Source: an uncultured archaeon (GTDB lineage Archaea > Iainarchaeota > Iainarchaeia > Iainarchaeales > 0-14-0-20-30-16). Taken from it: a DNA stretch of 8,695 nt. Made by a program: the position numbers and the translations under genes. Below the pieces are notes generated by a model. That model was given only the letters and a program-made list of their open reading frames with translations, was not told the DNA's origin and did no database searches. Location: positions 1 to 8,695 of the forward strand of contig CAZMGA010000021.1 in NCBI GenBank assembly GCA_964565725.1, read 5' to 3'. Below, piece after piece: positions 4,684-8,695 of the stretch (position 1 is its first letter; every line of letters begins with the position of its first letter).

Positions 4684-5481
4684 TTGGGGATTTTATTTAT
4701 TATAGGAATAGTTTTTGGTTTTATATGTTTAGGATATTATGGCATAATTTGGTTCATATCTTTATTTTCAAATGACACTTCAAATAATAATACAATAATA
4801 CAACAACAAGAATTAATTGCACAACAACAATATGAACAACAAAAAGCAATATTAAGAGCAGAACAAGCAGAAACAAAAAGAATACAAGCAGAAATGGATA
4901 AAATAAAACAAGAAATTGCAAATAGAGAATTAGAAAAACAATCCGAACAAAATCAAATAAAACAATATACATCTAAAGTCTTATTTGATGATAGTCAATT
5001 TAGAACAACGGCAAAAAAAATTGCATCTGGTTGTAATGGAGAACAAGAATGTCAATTATATAAAATCTATAGATATATAGTAACTAATTTTGACTATTAT
5101 TCAGATCCTAGAAATAATGAATATATTCAAGACCCTTATGAAACATGGAATTCTCAAGGTGGAGACTGTGAAGATTTAGGCATATTATTACAAACACTTT
5201 TAGAAAGTATTGGAATAAAAACATATTCTGTATTTACTACAAATCATTATTATGTTTTAGGGTGTATTGAAAATGCTAGTCAAGTATTAGATTATACTAA
5301 TTATGATATGCGAAAATTATATTCAAAATATTACGAAACAATAAGTTATTACAATTTAAATAGATTAGAATGTATACCTTTAGAACCTACTGCTGGAAAA
5401 TATGGTTTTCCTGGCGAATCTACTTGGAATTATAGTGAAGCTTATGATCCATTAACATTAGAAAAACATAATTTAACCTAA
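4684..5481 (+). CDS. Membrane-anchored transglutaminase-like (papain-fold) cysteine protease/transglutaminase family protein with a Gln/Glu-rich coiled-coil stalk
   Basis: 265-aa ORF from TTG 4684 as given in the track; the real start is likely ATG 4531 if the TAG is read through or is an error. The N-terminal TM helix is GILFIIGIVFGFICLGYYGIIWFISLF. A coiled-coil-like region follows (QQQELIAQQQYEQQKAILRAEQAETKRIQAEMDKIKQEIANRELEKQ). The transglutaminase core is YRYIVTNFDYYSD...QGGDCEDLGILLQTLLESIGIKTYSVFTTNHYYVLG...IPLEPT, with Cys162 (nt 5167-5169), His188 (nt 5245-5247) and an acidic third residue in LEPT. Stop codon is TAA at 5479-5481. Confidence 0.8.
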   Translation: MGILFIIGIVFGFICLGYYGIIWFISLFSNDTSNNNTIIQQQELIAQQQYEQQKAILRAEQAETKRIQAEMDKIKQEIANRELEKQSEQNQIKQYTSKVLFDDSQFRTTAKKIASGCNGEQECQLYKIYRYIVTNFDYYSDPRNNEYIQDPYETWNSQGGDCEDLGILLQTLLESIGIKTYSVFTTNHYYVLGCIENASQVLDYTNYDMRKLYSKYYETISYYNLNRLECIPLEPTAGKYGFPGESTWNYSEAYDPLTLEKHNLT

Positions 5482-6125
5482 TCTTTCCAGACATAGGTTA
5501 CTCTATGTTCTAAAAAACCTGTTTCTGTTTTGTAATTTAATTTTTTCAAGAAAGTTTCGCAATCTTTATCTGTAGTTTTTCCATCAATTATATGATAAGT
5601 TGCAATTGCTAAATTGATTTTATTATTATTTAATAACTCTTTTGCACCTTTTAAAACATGTAATTCTGAACCTTCTACATCCATCTTAATAAAATTAGGT
5701 ATTAAATTTAATTCTTTTGATATAGTATCTAATTTTGATACATCTATATCAATTGTTTTTTGATATTCGTTTTCAAAAATAAATGAAGATCCCCTTGAAG
5801 TTCGAGCATAAAATTTCTTTTTAGAATCAGAATCAAAAATACCTTTATTAATTGCAATAACATTAGTTAATTTGTTTAATTTAATATTTGCTAATAATTT
5901 TCTATAACTCACACTATCGGGTTCAAATGAAATTACTTTTCCTTTTGAACCTACTAATTTACTAGCTATAATTGTAAAACAACCTACATAAGAACCTAAA
6001 TCAAAAACAATATCTCCTTTTTTAGGCATATATTTTTTAAAATAACCAGACATAATCTCTAAATCTTTGTCTAAATTATTATTAGAGTGTATATTTAAAT
6101 TCATTATTTTGTATGTTAATTCCAT
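5478..6125 (-). CDS. FkbM-family SAM-dependent methyltransferase
   Basis: 215-aa ORF with ATG at 6125-6123; an alternative Met lies at 6104. The stop is TAG at 5480-5478. FkbM-type pattern: the SAM-binding loop VFDLGSYVGCFTIIAS, then GKVISFEPDSVSYRKLLANIKLNKLTNVIAINKG, and the diagnostic IKMDVEGSELHVLKGAKELL. Confidence 0.85.
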   Translation of the reverse strand: MELTYKIMNLNIHSNNNLDKDLEIMSGYFKKYMPKKGDIVFDLGSYVGCFTIIASKLVGSKGKVISFEPDSVSYRKLLANIKLNKLTNVIAINKGIFDSDSKKKFYARTSRGSSFIFENEYQKTIDIDVSKLDTISKELNLIPNFIKMDVEGSELHVLKGAKELLNNNKINLAIATYHIIDGKTTDKDCETFLKKLNYKTETGFLEHRVTYVWKD

Positions 6126-8695
6126 ACACTCACTGTCTTTTTAGGTCTAAAAATTAAATATGCTACAATACCTAAAGCAACAATTAAAGCTATACCAATT
6201 ATAATTACATAAGATACATTTTTATAAAATATTTCTGCAACAGCAGAATGATTTGTTAATTCTATAAAATCAGAAGATGTACTAATATAATCTTTTACAG
6301 CTTCAAATTTTCCAGTTACTTTTTCTTCAGGATAAGGTACTTTTAGAGAATAAATTCCTTCATATTCCGGAGTAAATTTAGCATAACCTAATTCATCAGT
6401 TTTAATAATCCAACTTTCACCATTATATAAAATAATTATATCTTGATTAATTATAGGATTTTTATCTGCATCTAAAATTTGAATTATTTGTAATTCTCCA
6501 ACACCTAATTTATTTTTATAATTTATATAATAAACTCCATCTTTCCAATAACCCTCATCAAATATAGTTATGTTTTTATTTTCATCTATTTTATTATCAG
6601 GTCCTTCTTTAGGACTTGGTTCAGGCGCATTAGGAACAGGAACATCTATTTTATCTTCAATATATTCATATTCTAAATCTATATTTATATTTTCTTTTAC
6701 ATTTACACCAAAAATTTCAATTTTTAAATTTGATAATACACTTGAAAAATAAATTTCATTTAATTTATTTACAACTAACAACTCTTGTTTTTCACTATTA
6801 ATTTTATTATATATTTTTTTATAATCATCAGAATCTTTAGGATAACCTGTAATATCTACTATTAAATTAGATATTTCTGTATTGTTAAACAAATTAGATA
6901 ATGATAAATCAATAGTATATTTTTCATTATTTTTTGATTTCCCATTAGTATTACCTAACTTAATATCTTTTGTAAATACAACCAAATCATCATTCATTAC
7001 ATTTACTTTAATATCTTTTTGTAAATTTATAGATTCATAATCCAAATCAAATGTTAATTCATAATTATTTCCAAGAGTATATATAAACTTTGTATTTATA
7101 GGTTCGTTATTTATTTTTACATTAGATAAATCTAATTTAAAATGGTTTACTAATAAAGTATTTTCAACTATATTATTACTAGTACTTTTATCATCGTCAA
7201 TATCCAAATAATATTTCATATTTAAATATCCTTTAGAATCTACTAAATTATAAATATCAGAATCATCTATATTTAATTCTATATTACCTTCATCTTCTAA
7301 ATCCTCTATATTAATTGTTTTTATTAATTCATAATTTGAATTATTTTTAACATATATTTTCATATTTGCAAAATCTACTTCACCCGTACCAGATTTAGTT
7401 ATTTTATAAGGAATTTTTAAAGTATTATTAGTATTAAATACATTAGGATTTGTAATTCTTAATCTATAATCATAATATTTTGTAGAAGACCCTTTAGATC
7501 CAGTTGTTTGTTCACCCTCTTCATTATATTTTACTAAAGGATAATAATCATAAAAATTTGTGTCAACTTCAGATATTAATCCTAATATACTAAATCTAGA
7601 ATCATTTACACCATCAGAACCCTCTATATTTTGACTAATTCCTGAATATATATCCTCATATGCTAAATTTATAGTATCTTCTGTATCTAATAAATCTTCA
7701 GCAAACCAAAAATTACCACCAATTGTAGAATAATAATCTCTATATTCATAAGTTATAGGTATTTGTGATCTTATAGAAGCATTACTAGAATAATCTAAAT
7801 TAAAATTTATATCCAAATTTGAATTTATATCTCCAAAAAACCAATATTTTGTTAAATCTAAAATATTAGCATCTAAAAAAACATTATTAGATATTTTTCC
7901 AGAAACATTTGAATCTAAAGAATTAAAAAAATACCCTAAATTAATAAATGAATAAAGCATATTAAAAGTATTAATATTCGTGTCTATAAAATTAAATACA
8001 TTACCATCTATATAACCATTAATAGAATATATATTTACATTATTTAAATCACAATTATTTAAATCTATTAAACTATTATTTAAATTATAATATACCCCAT
8101 TTGAAATAAAAGTATTAACATCTAAATTATTTTCAAGATTTTCAAAATAAAATGGAGTACCATCACCATAAATATTTGCATCTATATATATTTTTGAAAT
8201 GTTTGAATCTATTGTTTTTATTATTCTTGAATTTTCATCCAAATAACTTGTAAAATAATCTACATTTAATTCATCAATATTTGATGCATTAATATCTACC
8301 AAATTAAAATTATATAAATTTAAGGTATCTTCGACAGATTCACTAAAAAGTATATTATTTAAAACACTATTTTCAACATAAATCAAATTCCCATTACTTA
8401 AATTCGTATCAAAAGCTGATCCAATATTAATGGTGTTTATTACAGTATTATTTTTTAAAGATATATAAGAATCATTTAATCTATTTAAAAAATTCAAATC
8501 CGATTCTATATTTACATTTAAAATATTTATATTAGAATCATCGAATATAATTGAATTTGATCTATTATTTGGACGCAATATGTTAGTATTAAAATTATAT
8601 AAATTTATATTGTTAATATCTCCAAACATAAATAAACTTGCGCTAGTATTAATTATAGAATTATAAAAATTTATATCTAAATATTCTATATTAGA
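6116..8695 (-). CDS. Giant Asn-rich secreted/surface protein with beta-helix-like repeats, beta-sandwich domains and a C-terminal TM anchor; the N-terminus lies beyond the window
   Basis: The track starts this ORF at Met 8629. The same frame stays open to nt 8695 (...SNIEYLDINFYNSIINTSASLFMFGDINN...) with the same repeat character, so at least 859 codons are visible and the 5' end is missing. From N to C the protein has N-[ILV]-x-[ILV]-rich repeats and a Pro-rich linker VPVPNAPEPSPKEGPD (nt 6596-6643). Next comes a carboxypeptidase-regulatory-like beta-sandwich (about nt 6296-6574; DADKNPIINQDIIILYNGESWIIKTDELGYAKFTPEYEGIYSLKV). The protein ends in the TM helix YVIIIGIALIVALGIVAYLIF followed by RPKK (nt 6149-6211). 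Stop codon is TAA at 6118-6116. Confidence 0.8.
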   Translation of the reverse strand, partial: SNIEYLDINFYNSIINTSASLFMFGDINNINLYNFNTNILRPNNRSNSIIFDDSNINILNVNIESDLNFLNRLNDSYISLKNNTVINTINIGSAFDTNLSNGNLIYVENSVLNNILFSESVEDTLNLYNFNLVDINASNIDELNVDYFTSYLDENSRIIKTIDSNISKIYIDANIYGDGTPFYFENLENNLDVNTFISNGVYYNLNNSLIDLNNCDLNNVNIYSINGYIDGNVFNFIDTNINTFNMLYSFINLGYFFNSLDSNVSGKISNNVFLDANILDLTKYWFFGDINSNLDINFNLDYSSNASIRSQIPITYEYRDYYSTIGGNFWFAEDLLDTEDTINLAYEDIYSGISQNIEGSDGVNDSRFSILGLISEVDTNFYDYYPLVKYNEEGEQTTGSKGSSTKYYDYRLRITNPNVFNTNNTLKIPYKITKSGTGEVDFANMKIYVKNNSNYELIKTINIEDLEDEGNIELNIDDSDIYNLVDSKGYLNMKYYLDIDDDKSTSNNIVENTLLVNHFKLDLSNVKINNEPINTKFIYTLGNNYELTFDLDYESINLQKDIKVNVMNDDLVVFTKDIKLGNTNGKSKNNEKYTIDLSLSNLFNNTEISNLIVDITGYPKDSDDYKKIYNKINSEKQELLVVNKLNEIYFSSVLSNLKIEIFGVNVKENINIDLEYEYIEDKIDVPVPNAPEPSPKEGPDNKIDENKNITIFDEGYWKDGVYYINYKNKLGVGELQIIQILDADKNPIINQDIIILYNGESWIIKTDELGYAKFTPEYEGIYSLKVPYPEEKVTGKFEAVKDYISTSSDFIELTNHSAVAEIFYKNVSYVIIIGIALIVALGIVAYLIFRPKKTVSVWN

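Noticed and set aside
4795-4970. CAA/GAA/AAA-rich stretch that looks like a DNA tandem repeat or microsatellite
   Set aside because: There is no fixed repeat unit or period; the longest exact run is only about three CAA units. It is explained as biased codon usage for a Gln/Glu/Lys-rich coiled coil.
4754-4972. 72-aa minus-strand ORF (MYIVLFDFVRIVFLILYLQF...)
   Set aside because: It lies entirely antisense to the CAA/GAA-rich coiled-coil region of the transglutaminase-like gene. Its Leu/Phe/Val-rich product is simply the complement of Gln/Glu/Lys codons. It has no independent start context and no recognisable motif.
6570-6752. 60-aa plus-strand ORF (MFLFSSILLSGPSLGLGSGALGTGTS...)
   Set aside because: It is antisense to the Pro-rich hinge and flanking region of the giant surface-protein gene. 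The Gly/Ser/Leu product mirrors the Pro/Glu/Lys codons on the real coding strand, so it is spurious.
1-8695. Scan for tRNA, rRNA or other structured RNA genes, CRISPR arrays, IS elements or integrases, inverted-repeat termini and prophage hallmarks
   Set aside because: No GC-rich islands or cloverleaf-like segments stand out against the AT-rich background. There are no spaced direct repeats and no transposase- or integrase-like ORFs. Essentially every base is accounted for by the eight coding units.

Overview
This is a very AT-rich window (roughly three quarters A+T by eye) that is almost entirely coding. It holds eight protein-coding units. I found no tRNA or rRNA genes, CRISPR arrays or mobile elements. 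Gene order is as follows. (1) hisS, 5'-truncated by the window edge, + strand. (2) A metallophosphoesterase / RNase H-fold exonuclease fusion on the - strand, convergent with hisS and overlapping it. (3) A DJ-1/PfpI gene just upstream of the fusion on the same strand, overlapping its start by 26 nt. (4) A 48-nt divergent spacer with one central TATA-like element. (5) A 382-aa [FeFe]-hydrogenase on the + strand that has only the H-cluster domain. (6) Two nt later, a zinc-ribbon / TM / coiled-coil / transglutaminase-like membrane protein whose frame is broken by a single in-frame TAG. (7) An FkbM-family methyltransferase on the - strand, convergent with (6). (8) Upstream of the methyltransferase and overlapping it, a giant Asn-rich, beta-helix-like surface protein with a C-terminal membrane anchor that runs off the 3' window edge. 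Several properties suggest a small-genome, DPANN-like archaeon: no Shine-Dalgarno motifs, a TATA box about 25 nt from start codons, overlapping genes and a giant surface protein. That placement is inference, not shown by the sequence. The main finding is the ultraminimal hydrogenase, which keeps all H-cluster ligands but has no accessory Fe-S domains. Secondary findings are the TAG-interrupted zinc-ribbon gene coupled to it, the unusual two-nuclease fusion, and the surface-protein/methyltransferase pair. All domain calls come from motif recognition by eye; no searches were run.
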